DNA of 64,000 nt. It comes from an uncultured Acidobacteriota bacterium (lineage in GTDB: Bacteria > Acidobacteriota > Thermoanaerobaculia > Multivoradales > SZUA-115). The notes under the pieces were generated by a model. It was not told the origin of the DNA, did no database searches, and was given only the letters and a program-made list of their open reading frames with translations. How positions within the stretch are numbered: the stretch's first letter is position 1; the number at the start of each line of letters is the position of its first letter. The position numbers and the translations under genes were made by a program. Location: contig CAWDVR010000005.1 in the NCBI GenBank assembly GCA_963805975.1, positions 128,001 through 192,000 on the forward strand, given 5' to 3'. Shown piece after piece: positions 20,212-29,971 of the stretch.

Positions 20212-20345
20212 TTCACTCTCCTCTTTGGATCGTCCGGTTGCACAGCCACTCTCCGCGAAAACCGGGCAAGAGGTGCCACGCTTCTCATAGGGAGGCGAAG
20301 TCACCGCGATCCTATCGATTCTGGCGCATCTTTTTGCGCGTATGC

Positions 20346-20374
20346 TTGACTTCGTTCATCTCTGGCGCTAGAAA
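20346..20374 (+). promoter_or_regulatory. Sigma70-type promoter upstream of the lodA relic
   Basis: TTGACT-N17-TAGAAA. Confidence 0.5.
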
Positions 20375-20441
20375 CTCTCCGGATCATTCCGCCAAAGTCC
20401 TTGTCTGATCGGCCGCGGCGGTTTGCGGCGAGGAGAGGATC

Positions 20442-20636
20442 GTGGGAACCAGCTATCGCATCCACCCCAAGATCGGCGTCGCCCGGGTCGGCAACAGCGG
20501 CGCTTCACCTCGGACCCGAGCGCGGGGAACCGCGCTCACCGCGAGCTCTACTTCAGCTACTTCCGGGTGCCGGTGCCGCCTGAGCGAGCGCAACACCACC
20601 TTCCTCGCCCAGGGCTCGGCGCTCGGCATCAAGTAG
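20442..20636 (+). pseudogene. lodA: Remnant of a LodA/GoxA-family CTQ-dependent amino-acid oxidase
   Basis: Starts MGTSYRIHPKIGVARVGNS, the LodA-family N-terminal signature, after a GAGGA RBS. It is only about 195 bp and sits immediately before lodB. Confidence 0.75.
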
Positions 20637-20642
20637 CCGTCC

Positions 20643-21989
20643 ATGCCTGCGGCGCCGCTCGCTTTCGACGTCGTGGTGGTGGGGGGCGGCCCCGCCGGTA
20701 CCGCGCTCGCCCTCACCCTGCTCCACCACTCCGGCCTCTCGGTCGCCGTGGTGGAGCGCACCGGCTACGGCGAGCCGCGCATCGGGGAGGCGCTCTCGCC
20801 CGGCGTCCGCGGGCTGCTCGAGTACCTGAAAGTCTGGGACCGCTTCGTGGCCGCCGGGCACGAGCCCTCCTACGGCACCTCCGCCGCCTGGGGCAGCCGC
20901 GAGGTGGCCATCCGTGACTTCCTGTTCTCCCCGTTCGGCACCGGCTGGCACCTCGACCGCCGCCGCTTCGACGCCATGCTGGCGGACGCCGTGGAGGAGG
21001 CCGGGGGCACGGTCTGGCGCCGCGCCCGCGCCGCGTCCTGCGAGCGCACGGCCGGCGGGCTCTGGCGGCTGGCGGTGGGGAGCGAAGGCGAGGCGCAGCC
21101 CGTCGAAGCCCGCTTCGTGGTCGACGCCACCGGCCGCAGCGCCGCCCTGGCGCGCCGGCTCGGCAGCGAGCGGCATTTCCTGGATCGCCTGGTCGGCCTG
21201 GCGGGGGTGGTGCGCTTCGACGCCGAGCCGCCGGCGGACACCTTCACCCTGGTCGAGACCTGCGAGCTCGGCTGGTGGTACTCCGCACGCCTGCCGGGGG
21301 CCGAGATGGTGGTCGCCCTGATGAGCGACAGCGACCTCGTCCACGTCCACGGCCTGGCCGCGGTCGAGACCTGGTGGCGCCACCTCGGGGCGACCAAGGC
21401 CACCCGCGAGCGCATCGGCGCGGGGCGCCTCGCCGGGCCGCTCCACGTGCACGCCGCCCACTCCGGGCGTCTGGAGCCGCTGGTGGCGGATGGCTGGCTG
21501 GCGGTGGGCGACGCCGCCTGCTCGCACGATCCGCTCTCCGCCAGCGGCATCGCCCGGGCGCTCGACTCCGGGATCCACGCCGCCCGCGCCCTCGACGCCG
21601 TGCTGAAGAAGGGCGACACCGCGCTGCTCGCGGCCTACGACCTGCGGCTGCGGCAGAGCTTCGACCTCTACTGCGAGACCTGGGCGCGCTACTACCAGGT
21701 CGAGCAGCGCTGGCCGGCCGCGACCTTCTACCGCCGCCGGCACGGGCTGCTCGTGCTCGACCCGCAGGCCCGGGTGCAGTGGGCGGGAACCTCCCCCGAT
21801 CTCTCGGCGTCCCCGGATCTCTCGGTCTCGGACGTGCGGCTGCTCTGCGAGCTCTGCGCCGCGCCGCGCGCCGCCCACGAGGTGGTCCGCGCCTTCAAGC
21901 ACCGCTCCCCGCGCGAGGTTGCCGACGAGCACGTCATCCTCGGCCTGCAGCAGTTGGTCGCCCGCCAGCTCGTCCGCCTCGTGCCCTGA
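20643..21989 (+). CDS. lodB: LodB/GoxB-like FAD-dependent oxidoreductase
   Basis: DVVVVGGGPAG, RIGEALSP, GWHLDRRRFD, VVDATGR, GWWYSA, VGDAACSHDPLSASGI, EQRWP..FY.RR. Confidence 0.85.
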   Translation: MPAAPLAFDVVVVGGGPAGTALALTLLHHSGLSVAVVERTGYGEPRIGEALSPGVRGLLEYLKVWDRFVAAGHEPSYGTSAAWGSREVAIRDFLFSPFGTGWHLDRRRFDAMLADAVEEAGGTVWRRARAASCERTAGGLWRLAVGSEGEAQPVEARFVVDATGRSAALARRLGSERHFLDRLVGLAGVVRFDAEPPADTFTLVETCELGWWYSARLPGAEMVVALMSDSDLVHVHGLAAVETWWRHLGATKATRERIGAGRLAGPLHVHAAHSGRLEPLVADGWLAVGDAACSHDPLSASGIARALDSGIHAARALDAVLKKGDTALLAAYDLRLRQSFDLYCETWARYYQVEQRWPAATFYRRRHGLLVLDPQARVQWAGTSPDLSASPDLSVSDVRLLCELCAAPRAAHEVVRAFKHRSPREVADEHVILGLQQLVARQLVRLVP

Positions 21990-22093
21990 GGAGCGAGCGC
22001 GGCACCTCTCCTGCCACGACGTTGTCAGGAGGGCTGGGCGAGACTCCCCCCGCCCGGGTGAAAATGGCGCCGGCGAACCTCCAAGGAGAAGAG

Positions 22094-22570
22094 ATGGACC
22101 TGAGGACCGAAGCCCTGAACGAGATCGAGACCACCGCCAAGCTCTTCCACCGCTCCACGCGCTGCCTGGCCGAGGAGGACTCGGGCTTTCGCCCCCGCCC
22201 GGAGATGATGAGCGTCGCCGGCCAGGTGGCGCACACCGCGCAGGCCATCGACTGGTTCCGCGAGGGCGGGTTCGGCGCGGGCTGGGACCTGGACTTCGAG
22301 GCCCATGTGGCCGCGATCGAAGAGGTGGGCTCGCTCGCCGCGGCGCGGAACTGGCTGGCCGACGCCTGATCGCGGCTCCGGGAGGCGGTCGAGGCGGCCT
22401 CGGTCGACGATCTCGCCGCCACCCTGCCGGACAACCCCATCCTCCCCGGCCGGCCCCGGTACCACACGATCGAGGCGATCGTGGATCACACCGGCCACCA
22501 CCGGGGCGCGCTCGCAGTCTATGCCCGGCTCGCCGGCCGCGTTCCCGAGATGCCCTACGGCGAGGACTGA
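22094..22570 (+). pseudogene. DinB-family protein with in-frame TGA at 22367-22369
   Basis: AAGGAG RBS; FRPRPEMMSVAGQVAH...WLADA*SRLR...DHTGHHRGALAVYARLAGRVP continues in the same frame. Confidence 0.85.
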
Positions 22571-22760
22571 ACCGCGGCGCCGGACTCCGCCGCCGCCATC
22601 TGCGCCAGGAAGTCGGCGAGGATCTGGCCGGGTTCCACGGCGAAGGTCTCGTCGAGCACCTCGACGACGAGGGCGCGATCCAGGCGGAAGCTCCTGAAGT
22701 CGCAGCGCAGCTCGCACCAGGCGATCAACAGCCAGACGGGCGGATAGAAGCTCAGGGCCA
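22555..22760 (-). pseudogene. 3' fragment of a YafY-type WYL-domain regulator
   Basis: Manual translation LALSFYPPVWLLIAWCELRCDFRSFRLDR...; no N-terminal HTH. The break falls at a half-REP (22760-22786). Confidence 0.8.
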
Positions 22761-22850
22761 GGTCCCTCGCTCCCGCTCGGGACGAGGTGACGGGCTTTCC
22801 GCGAGCTTGACGGCGCTCGCCCTCCCCGAGCGCCTAGAATCAATCCCTCC

Positions 22851-23456
22851 ATGCCCTCCGAGTACGACTCGCTCTTCGCCTCCCGCCCGGTGTCGCCGGC
22901 GGCGGCCGAGGCCTTCGAGCAGGTCCGCGAGCACTTCCGGGCCGCGGGCGGGCCCTATCTCTCCTCCCCCTGGACCTGGTGCGCGTGGGGCGTCCTGCTG
23001 CCGTCGTCGGCGCTCCTCACTCCGGAGGCGGCGCGGAGGTTCGGGTTCCCGGGCGTGCTCACGCTGTGGTCGGTCGCGATCCTGGCCGCCGGCGGCGTCG
23101 AGGCCTGGGCCATGGTCAAGGCCAGGCCCGGCGCCTCGCCGCTCGCCTCCTGGGCTTTCCGCCAGCAGACCAACCTGTCGCTGGTGGCGCTCGCGCTGTC
23201 CGTGCTGCTCCTGGTGCGTGACGAAGCCTGGGCTCTGCCCGGCCTGTGGCTGCTGCTCCTCGGGCACTCGTTCTACGGTCTGGGCAGGCTCTCCTACCCG
23301 GCGCTCTCCCGCTATGGCCTCGCCTACCAGGCGGGCGGCGTCGTGGCGCTCTTTGCCGGACGGCACGCGCTCGCCGTCTTCGCCGCGGCCACGGCGCTCG
23401 CGAACTTCGGCCTCGCCTGGGCGGTCTGGCGAAACCGCTCCGCCGCCTCGCCGTAG
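22851..23456 (+). CDS. Integral membrane hypothetical protein (about 6 TM)
   Basis: Multiple hydrophobic helices; TAGAAT 10 nt upstream of the ATG. Confidence 0.75.
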   Translation: MPSEYDSLFASRPVSPAAAEAFEQVREHFRAAGGPYLSSPWTWCAWGVLLPSSALLTPEAARRFGFPGVLTLWSVAILAAGGVEAWAMVKARPGASPLASWAFRQQTNLSLVALALSVLLLVRDEAWALPGLWLLLLGHSFYGLGRLSYPALSRYGLAYQAGGVVALFAGRHALAVFAAATALANFGLAWAVWRNRSAASP

Positions 23457-23469
23457 CGCTCACCGGGCG

Positions 23470-24543
23470 CTACCAATAGACGGTCACCGAGCTGTCGCAG
23501 TTGTTCGTCACCCAGTTGACGACTTTTGTCGCCGCGATCACACCGTCCACCTCGAAAGTGGCCGTCTTCCCGTTGTCGCACACCACACGGATCTTGATCG
23601 CGGCGAACTTGCACTTGCCTGCCGAGCCCGCTCGGTACAGCCCGGCGATCTCGTCCGCCCGCAGGGCGCGCCGGAAGACCTCCGCTTCGTCGAGTGCCCC
23701 TTGCAGCACGCTCTCCGCACGGGGGGACAAGGTCGTGCTACCCAGCCGGAGTGGTGCCCGGTTGTTGAGGTCGCCGGCCCGGCCCGAGGGGTTGAACGCG
23801 GGTGCCACCGCAGTACCGTCCACGTAGAAACGGCCCTCGCCGTTGCGCACCACGGTCACCGCGACCAGGTGCCACTGCCCATCTGCGGGCACCGCGGCGT
23901 CCGCTATGTAGTTCGAGTACCCCGAGGGGGCGGCGAGCTGGAGGCCGGGCCGGCCGTCGTAGAGGAACAGGCTGTAGCCCCGCAGCGGCGACGGCTGACG
24001 CTTCTCCACCAGCACGCGGACGCCGGAGGTCCGGTCCGTGGGCGCGAGCTTCACCCAGGCGTCGATCGTCAGGTCGCCGGCGCCGACCTCGAATCCCGTG
24101 GCGTCCGCCGCCGCAATCTCGACGAAGTCGTCCTGGCCATCGAACTTGAATGCACCGGCCACCTTGCCACCGACAGCCTGCACACCGTTCTGCAGGCTGG
24201 CCGTGGCGCCCTTGGCGAGCTCGAGCGTCTTGCCGGCAGACTCCGAGTCCAAGGGGAGCCAGAGCACCAGGTCCGGGGGCGGGGGCACGCACGGCCCCTG
24301 GGCCGGCGTGATCCTTCGAGCGGTGGCCTGAGAAGCATCCGGCTCCCGCTGCTGAATACTGCGCAGCTCGGACTCGAAGCCCTGCACGGGGACTGTGCTC
24401 GTCCTCTCTTCCAGGCGCTCGCGCGAGGTGACTCCGGTCGGCGGCGCGGGCCCCGGAGCCGGGCTCGGCTGGCCCAGCGCCGCGGAACCGTTCAGGTTGG
24501 CGAGGAGCATCAGGGGAAGCAGTAGACCCGGGATTCGGTACAT
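23470..24543 (-). CDS. Secreted LamG/concanavalin-A-like jellyroll protein
   Basis: Signal peptide, GKVAGAFKFDGQDD, TIDAWVK, WHLVAVT, FYVDG, GALDE..VF.RAL. Confidence 0.88.
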   Translation of the reverse strand: MYRIPGLLLPLMLLANLNGSAALGQPSPAPGPAPPTGVTSRERLEERTSTVPVQGFESELRSIQQREPDASQATARRITPAQGPCVPPPPDLVLWLPLDSESAGKTLELAKGATASLQNGVQAVGGKVAGAFKFDGQDDFVEIAAADATGFEVGAGDLTIDAWVKLAPTDRTSGVRVLVEKRQPSPLRGYSLFLYDGRPGLQLAAPSGYSNYIADAAVPADGQWHLVAVTVVRNGEGRFYVDGTAVAPAFNPSGRAGDLNNRAPLRLGSTTLSPRAESVLQGALDEAEVFRRALRADEIAGLYRAGSAGKCKFAAIKIRVVCDNGKTATFEVDGVIAATKVVNWVTNNCDSSVTVYW

Positions 24544-24696
24544 CCTTGCAACTCCTTTCGATCGTTGGGTGTCCAGGTGAGACGGGAGCAGGGGCACGCT
24601 GCATCAACGATCGAGCCGGAGCTTTTCCCTCAGATCCTCCGGAAAGCGCTGAGTGAAGTCGGGAGAGCCGCCGCGCGAAGCGGCATCCGGCGCCTG

Positions 24697-25314
24697 CTAG
24701 GCCGGGTCGCGGTGGGTCTGTACTCCGCTCAGCCGATCCGAAAGAGACCGCCGTCCACCCACGGCGAGGAGCAGCGGCAGGCCGGCGAGCGCCAAGGTCA
24801 GCAGGCTCCCCAGCCAGTGGCGGAAGGTCTGGCCAAAAGACAGCGAGAGCCCTTCCTCGGCCCGACAGACCAGCCCGGCCCAGGCCATGCCCGGCGTCGA
24901 GCCCCAGAAAGCGAGCGGCACCACGACGTAGAAGAGCGAGAAGGCGGCGAGGAAGAGGCCGACCGCCGGCAGGTCGGCCCGGTCTGGCGACGAGCCCAGG
25001 AGCTCCGCGCCAAAGAGCGCGAGAGTGCCCACCGCGGCATGGAGGGAGAGGTCGGCAAAGCCGGCCTGCAGGCGCTTGCCGAGTGAGGCCGGCCTCGCCA
25101 CCGTGACCGCCGAGGCGTCCCAGGTCTCTTCGGTGTGCCCCGGCCCGGCAGGCGACTGGTGGAAGGCGAGAGCTTCCTGCACCCCACTGGGCGGCCCGGC
25201 CTTAGGTTCAGCGCTCCGGCGAGGAACCGGTGGCGGAGCCTCTTCGGGGAGCGACGGCTCGAGGGGCAGGTCGAAGAGAGTGGGCGGTTGCGGCGTGCGG
25301 GGAGACCGGGCCAT
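24697..25314 (-). CDS. RDD-family membrane protein
   Basis: ASLGKRLQAGFAD, GSTPGM, RSLSDRLSG. Confidence 0.85.
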   Translation of the reverse strand: MARSPRTPQPPTLFDLPLEPSLPEEAPPPVPRRSAEPKAGPPSGVQEALAFHQSPAGPGHTEETWDASAVTVARPASLGKRLQAGFADLSLHAAVGTLALFGAELLGSSPDRADLPAVGLFLAAFSLFYVVVPLAFWGSTPGMAWAGLVCRAEEGLSLSFGQTFRHWLGSLLTLALAGLPLLLAVGGRRSLSDRLSGVQTHRDPA

Positions 25315-25317
25315 GCG

Positions 25318-27492
25318 CTAGAGCACCGGCAGGTGGCTCACGTAGATCCGGTACAGGAGATCCTTGGGCCGCCGGGAGTAGGCCGCCGCGAAGCTGCGGT
25401 TGCGCTCGAGGGCGTCGTCGCCCGGTTTCAGGTCCAGGGCCTGGTCGAGCTTGTCGAGCGCGCCCTGGATGTCGCCGCCCTGCAGGTCCCGCACCGCCAG
25501 GTTGTAGTAGCTGTCGACCATCAGCTTGGTGACGTCCTTGTTGCCTGGATCGGACTCGCGCAGCCGCCACAGGCTGGGCAGCACCGCGGTCCACTCCTGC
25601 TGGCGGAAGAGACCGATCTCGCGTTCGAGCGGCACCAGCTTCTGCGCGGCGGTGGAAGCGAGCCCCTCTACGTCCACGGGGAGCGGCGCCAGGCGCCGGG
25701 CGCGGCGGAAGTAGGCATCGGCGAGCAGGTGCTCGCCGGCGGCGAGCGCCTCTTTACCCCGCGCCAGATCGCGCTCGAAGCGCGCTATCGCCGCCGGCGT
25801 GGTCATCTCGTCCGCGGCGGGCTCCTGCGGCACGAGCTCCGCCTCCCACGCCGCGAGCAGCTCCTGCGCTTCCTTGTAGCGCGGGTGCTCGGGCTCGAGC
25901 AGGCGGAGCTGGCGCACCGCCACCTCGACCTTGCCCTCGTCGTGCAGCTTCCGGGCTCGCGCCAGCTCGTCGGTGGTCTTGCGGGCCGTCGTCACCGGCT
26001 TCGAGTTCGGGAACAGCAGCCCCTTGTTCATCCACGCGAAGACGCCCGCGGCGAGCAGCAGGGCCAGCACGGCGCCGCCCACCACCAGAAAGCGGCTGCC
26101 GGCGCCGCCCCGCTTCTGCGGCTGGGAAGCGCGGCCCGAGCCCGCCATCGCCGGTCGTTTGGTGACCGCCGGCCTGGCCCCCGTCGGCTTGGTCGAGGGA
26201 GCCGGGGGCACCAGGATCTCCTCCTGGAGGGCCCCGCCGCCCGGCACCGGCATCCCGTCACCGCCCAGATCTTCGATCGGCGGGTAGTCGTCCACGTCCG
26301 GTGCGGCGGCGGGCGCACCCAGTTGCTCCAGGTACTCGCGGGCGGCGAAGTAGCTCGGCTGGAGCGCCAGCACGCGCTCGAAGAGCCGCTGCGCCTGCGC
26401 GTTGTCCCCGGCATCGAAAGCCGCCACGGCCTCGTGGAAGACCTCCTCCACCCGGCGCTCGCTCTCGGCTTTCAGCCGGCGCGCCTGCTCGATGCGTTGC
26501 GCCGCCTCGTCGTGGTCGATGTCGATCAGGAAGATCCGCGACCAGGCGTCGATCGAGCCCTGGTAATCGCTGCGATCGAAGGCCTGCTGGCCCTGCTCGA
26601 GGAGCTGCGCGATCCGGCCGTCGCCCGCGCCCGCCGCCCCGCCTGGGCGAGCGCCAGTGGCGCTCTCGAGCTCGGCGAGCGAGTCGGAGGCGGAGATCAG
26701 GCCCGGGTCCATGTCGTAACCCGTCAGGGCGCCGGAGCCGGAGGCTCCTGGCCGGGCGAAGCCGCGGGCGAGCTCGGGCGGCATGCCGGCCCAGGGGTCG
26801 TCCGGCGCCGAAGACTGGGCGCGCTCGACGGCGAGCTCGACCACACCGGGGTACGTGGGGTCGAGCGAGCGTGCCTTGTCGAGGGCACGGTCACACTCGC
26901 CGAAGTCCCCCCGGCCCAGGGCGGCGCGGGCGGATTCGAGAAAGTTCTTGACGTAGGGCTCGGCCTCGAGGCGGGAGTAGGCGGTCTCGACCAGCTTGCG
27001 CAGGGCAGGGCTCGCCCCCACCTCGGCGCGGTTCTCCTCGGCCGCCTGCACCAGCCGTCGCAGGTCGCGGCGGGCGAGCAGATCCTCGAGGGCCGCCTGG
27101 AGCACGTCGTCGTCGGTTCCGCCACCGGCAGGAGGGCCGAGAGAGGCCGGCGGGGCCACCGCCGCGGGCCGCGGGGCCACGGGAGGCGCCGCGGGCGGCG
27201 GTGCGACGGCGGGCGGCGGAGCCTCCCCGCCGAGCGCCGGCATCCGCACCGTGGCGCCGGCGCCCGGGGCGAGGTCGGCCACCGACACGGGAGCGCCGGC
27301 GGCGCTCGCGTTGACCCGCACCTGGAGCTCGCGCGCCGGGCGGAAGGCCGGGTCCATGCGCAGGATGAAGTCGCAGCCCAGGAGCGCTTCCTGGCGGCTG
27401 CCCCGCGCCGCCAGCTCGAGCGTCTGCAGGTAAGTGCCGAGGATGCGCTGCTGGACGTCCGGCGCTAGGGCGGGGTTTCCGGGATATTGCAT
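25318..27492 (-). CDS. Single-pass membrane TPR protein
   Basis: TPR-like repeats on both sides of a TM helix (FLVVGGAVLALLLAAGVFAW); Pro-rich linkers. Confidence 0.8.
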   Translation of the reverse strand: MQYPGNPALAPDVQQRILGTYLQTLELAARGSRQEALLGCDFILRMDPAFRPARELQVRVNASAAGAPVSVADLAPGAGATVRMPALGGEAPPPAVAPPPAAPPVAPRPAAVAPPASLGPPAGGGTDDDVLQAALEDLLARRDLRRLVQAAEENRAEVGASPALRKLVETAYSRLEAEPYVKNFLESARAALGRGDFGECDRALDKARSLDPTYPGVVELAVERAQSSAPDDPWAGMPPELARGFARPGASGSGALTGYDMDPGLISASDSLAELESATGARPGGAAGAGDGRIAQLLEQGQQAFDRSDYQGSIDAWSRIFLIDIDHDEAAQRIEQARRLKAESERRVEEVFHEAVAAFDAGDNAQAQRLFERVLALQPSYFAAREYLEQLGAPAAAPDVDDYPPIEDLGGDGMPVPGGGALQEEILVPPAPSTKPTGARPAVTKRPAMAGSGRASQPQKRGGAGSRFLVVGGAVLALLLAAGVFAWMNKGLLFPNSKPVTTARKTTDELARARKLHDEGKVEVAVRQLRLLEPEHPRYKEAQELLAAWEAELVPQEPAADEMTTPAAIARFERDLARGKEALAAGEHLLADAYFRRARRLAPLPVDVEGLASTAAQKLVPLEREIGLFRQQEWTAVLPSLWRLRESDPGNKDVTKLMVDSYYNLAVRDLQGGDIQGALDKLDQALDLKPGDDALERNRSFAAAYSRRPKDLLYRIYVSHLPVL

Positions 27493-27545
27493 GGTGGGGG
27501 CGCGGGCTCTTCCGTCGCGCGGCCAATGGTAGCAAACTCTTAGCC

Positions 27546-28484
27546 ATGGCCTGGCTCGAGTGCGTGCCCAACGTCAGCGAAGGGCGGCGGCGGGAAGTGA
27601 TCGCCCGCCTCGCCCGCGCCGCCGCGGCGCCGGGAGTCGAGATCCTCGACCAGTCCTCGGACCCCGATCACAACCGCACGGTCTTCACCCTGGCGGGCGA
27701 GCCCGAAGCGCTCCACGAAGGGCTGCTGCGGCTCTACGAGGTGGCGACGGGCGAGATCGACCTGCGCGTGCAGCAGGGTGTCCATCCGCGGATCGGTGCG
27801 GTGGACGTCGTTCCTTTCGTGCCGCTCGCCGGCATCTCGATGGGCGAGGCGGTGGCCGCCGCACGGCGGCTGGGCGAGGCGGTGGGAGAGCGCTTCGAGA
27901 TTCCGGTCTTCCTCTACGAGGAGGCGGCGACGCGTCCGGAGCGGAGGAGCCTGGCCGAGATCCGCCGTGGTGGGGTCGAGGGCCTGGCGCGCCGCCTCGC
28001 GGCGGAGCCCGCGGCCCGGGCCCCCGACTTCGGGCCCTCCAGCCTCCATCCGAGCGCCGGTGGCACCGTGATCGGCGCCCGTTTCTTCCTCGTCGCCTTC
28101 AACGCCGTGCTCGACACCCCGGACTTGGGCGTGGCGCGAGAGGTGGCGCGCGCCGTCCGGGCCTCGAACGGCGGGCTCGCCGCGCTGCGCGCGATCGGCG
28201 TTTTCCTGCCCAGCCGGGGACGGGCGCAGGTGTCGATGAACCTGCTCGACTTCCGGGTGACCTCGCTGCCGGCGGCGCTCGCCCGGGTCGAGGAGGAGGC
28301 GGGGCGCCGCGGCGCGCGGGTCGCCGAGACCGAGCTGATCGGTCTGATCCCCGAAGAGGCGCGGCGGCAGGCGCTCGCAGCCGGCCTCGACCTGCCCGCC
28401 CTACGGGCCGACCGCGTGATCGAGCGCGCCGTCGCGGCCGCCCGCCGCCCGCTCTCCGAGAGCGGCGAGCAGGCGCCAGGGTAG
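27546..28484 (+). CDS. ftcD: Glutamate formiminotransferase
   Basis: LECVPNVSEGR, DPDHNRTV, GVHPRIGAVDVVPFVP, GARFFLVAFN, QVSMNL. Confidence 0.95.
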   Translation: MAWLECVPNVSEGRRREVIARLARAAAAPGVEILDQSSDPDHNRTVFTLAGEPEALHEGLLRLYEVATGEIDLRVQQGVHPRIGAVDVVPFVPLAGISMGEAVAAARRLGEAVGERFEIPVFLYEEAATRPERRSLAEIRRGGVEGLARRLAAEPAARAPDFGPSSLHPSAGGTVIGARFFLVAFNAVLDTPDLGVAREVARAVRASNGGLAALRAIGVFLPSRGRAQVSMNLLDFRVTSLPAALARVEEEAGRRGARVAETELIGLIPEEARRQALAAGLDLPALRADRVIERAVAAARRPLSESGEQAPG

Positions 28485-29870
28485 GCCGTCGAAAGAGCCC
28501 GAGGACATGGTGACCACCACGTCGCCGGGGCGGGCAATGGAAAGAGTCCGGGCCAGCACCTCGTCGTTGCCCGGGCAGGCGAACGCCGTCCTGCCGGCGG
28601 CCTCGAGCTCGGCTGCCAGGCCCTCGCGATCGAGGCCCTCTTCGGTGCCGAGACGCTGCTGGTGGAAGACCGGCGCGAAGACCACGACCTCGGCGGCTAG
28701 GAACGCCCGCCCGTAGGCCTGGTGGAACATCCGGCGCCCGGCCGTCAGGCTGCGGGGCTCGTAGAGCACGATCACGCGCCGTCCGGGATAGCGGCGCCGC
28801 AAGCCCGCGAGCGTGGTCTCGACGGCCGTGGGGTGGTGGGCGAAGTCGTCGACCACGGTGACGCCGCCCCGGGTGCCCAGCTCGTCCAGCCGGCGCGCCA
28901 CGCCATGGAACGAGGAGAGGGCGGCGGCCACGTCGGCCGCGGCGAGCCCGTCCTGGCGCGCGGCGGCCCACACGCCGAGCGCATTGGTCACGTTGTGCTC
29001 GCCCCACGACGGCAGCGAGATCTCGACCGCGCCGGCCTCCGGGTCGGCGATCACGAAGCGCGTGCCCTCCGGGCCGCTCGCCACGGCCTCCGCCCCGCCC
29101 CCGGCCAGGCACACGTCGTTGCCCGGCCCGAGCCCATAGAGCACCACCCGGCAGCGCGCGCTGCGTGCGAGCTCCCGCACCGCGGGCCAGTCGCCACAGG
29201 CGACCAGCAGGCCCTCCGGCGGCAGCAGCTCGATCAGCCGGCCGTAGGCTTCGAGCAGCGACTCCGGCGTCGGGTAGAGGTCGGCGTGGTCGTGCTCGGC
29301 GCTGGTCAGGATCACGGTCTCCGGCCGGTAGTGCAGGAACTTGGCGCCGCGGTCGAAGTAGGCGGCGTTGTACTCGTCGCCTTCGACGATGAAGCGTTCG
29401 CCGGTGCCGGCGTGGAAGCTCCCGGTCAGGTCCTTGGGCACGCCGCCCACCAGGAACCCGGGGTCGGCACCGCATCGATGCCACACCCAGGCCGCCATCG
29501 CCGTGGTGGTGGTCTTGCCGTGAGTGCCCGCCACCACCAGGGGCCGGCGCCCGGCGAGAAAGAAGCGGGCCAGGGCCTGCGGCATCGAGAGCTTCTCGAG
29601 GCCCAGCCGTTCGACCTCCTGGGCCTCCGGGTTGCTCCGCGGCACGGCGTTCCCCACCACCACCACGTCGGGCGGCGGTACCAGGTGCGCCGGGTCGAAG
29701 CCCAGGAGCGGCGCGATGCCCGCGCGCTCGAGCAGGGTGGACATGGGCGGATAGAGCGGCCCGTCGGCGCCCCGCACGCGGTGTCCCCGGGCCGCGAGCA
29801 GGGCGGCGAGCGGCGCCATGCCGGTGCCGCCGATTGCGATACAGTAGATGTCGAGAGGGGAATTTTTCAC
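28401..29870 (-). CDS. mpl: Murein peptide ligase (Mpl/MurC family)
   Basis: IGGTGM, YPPMST, GTHGKTTT, EGDEY.AAYFD, DHADLY, DDFAHHPTA, EPRS. Confidence 0.93.
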   Translation of the reverse strand: MKNSPLDIYCIAIGGTGMAPLAALLAARGHRVRGADGPLYPPMSTLLERAGIAPLLGFDPAHLVPPPDVVVVGNAVPRSNPEAQEVERLGLEKLSMPQALARFFLAGRRPLVVAGTHGKTTTTAMAAWVWHRCGADPGFLVGGVPKDLTGSFHAGTGERFIVEGDEYNAAYFDRGAKFLHYRPETVILTSAEHDHADLYPTPESLLEAYGRLIELLPPEGLLVACGDWPAVRELARSARCRVVLYGLGPGNDVCLAGGGAEAVASGPEGTRFVIADPEAGAVEISLPSWGEHNVTNALGVWAAARQDGLAAADVAAALSSFHGVARRLDELGTRGGVTVVDDFAHHPTAVETTLAGLRRRYPGRRVIVLYEPRSLTAGRRMFHQAYGRAFLAAEVVVFAPVFHQQRLGTEEGLDREGLAAELEAAGRTAFACPGNDEVLARTLSIARPGDVVVTMSSGSFDGLPWRLLAALGERAAGGRDGALDHAVGP

Positions 29871-29971
29871 GCTCTCCGCCTGTTCCCAAACAGTCGCCAG
29901 TAGGTCTTTCGGAGCCTTCGGCTTCGACCCCGGCCTCGAGCCTCAACCCCGATTCGCGAGGAGCCCAAACG

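Noticed and set aside
20262-20280. Sigma54 promoter for the lipoprotein gene (TGGCACCTCTTGC, minus strand)
   Set aside because: GG-to-GC spacing is 8 rather than the required 10.
22367-22420. Selenocysteine recoding of the DinB TGA
   Set aside because: The position is in a helix and not at a recognisable Cys/redox motif, and I could not see a convincing SECIS hairpin.
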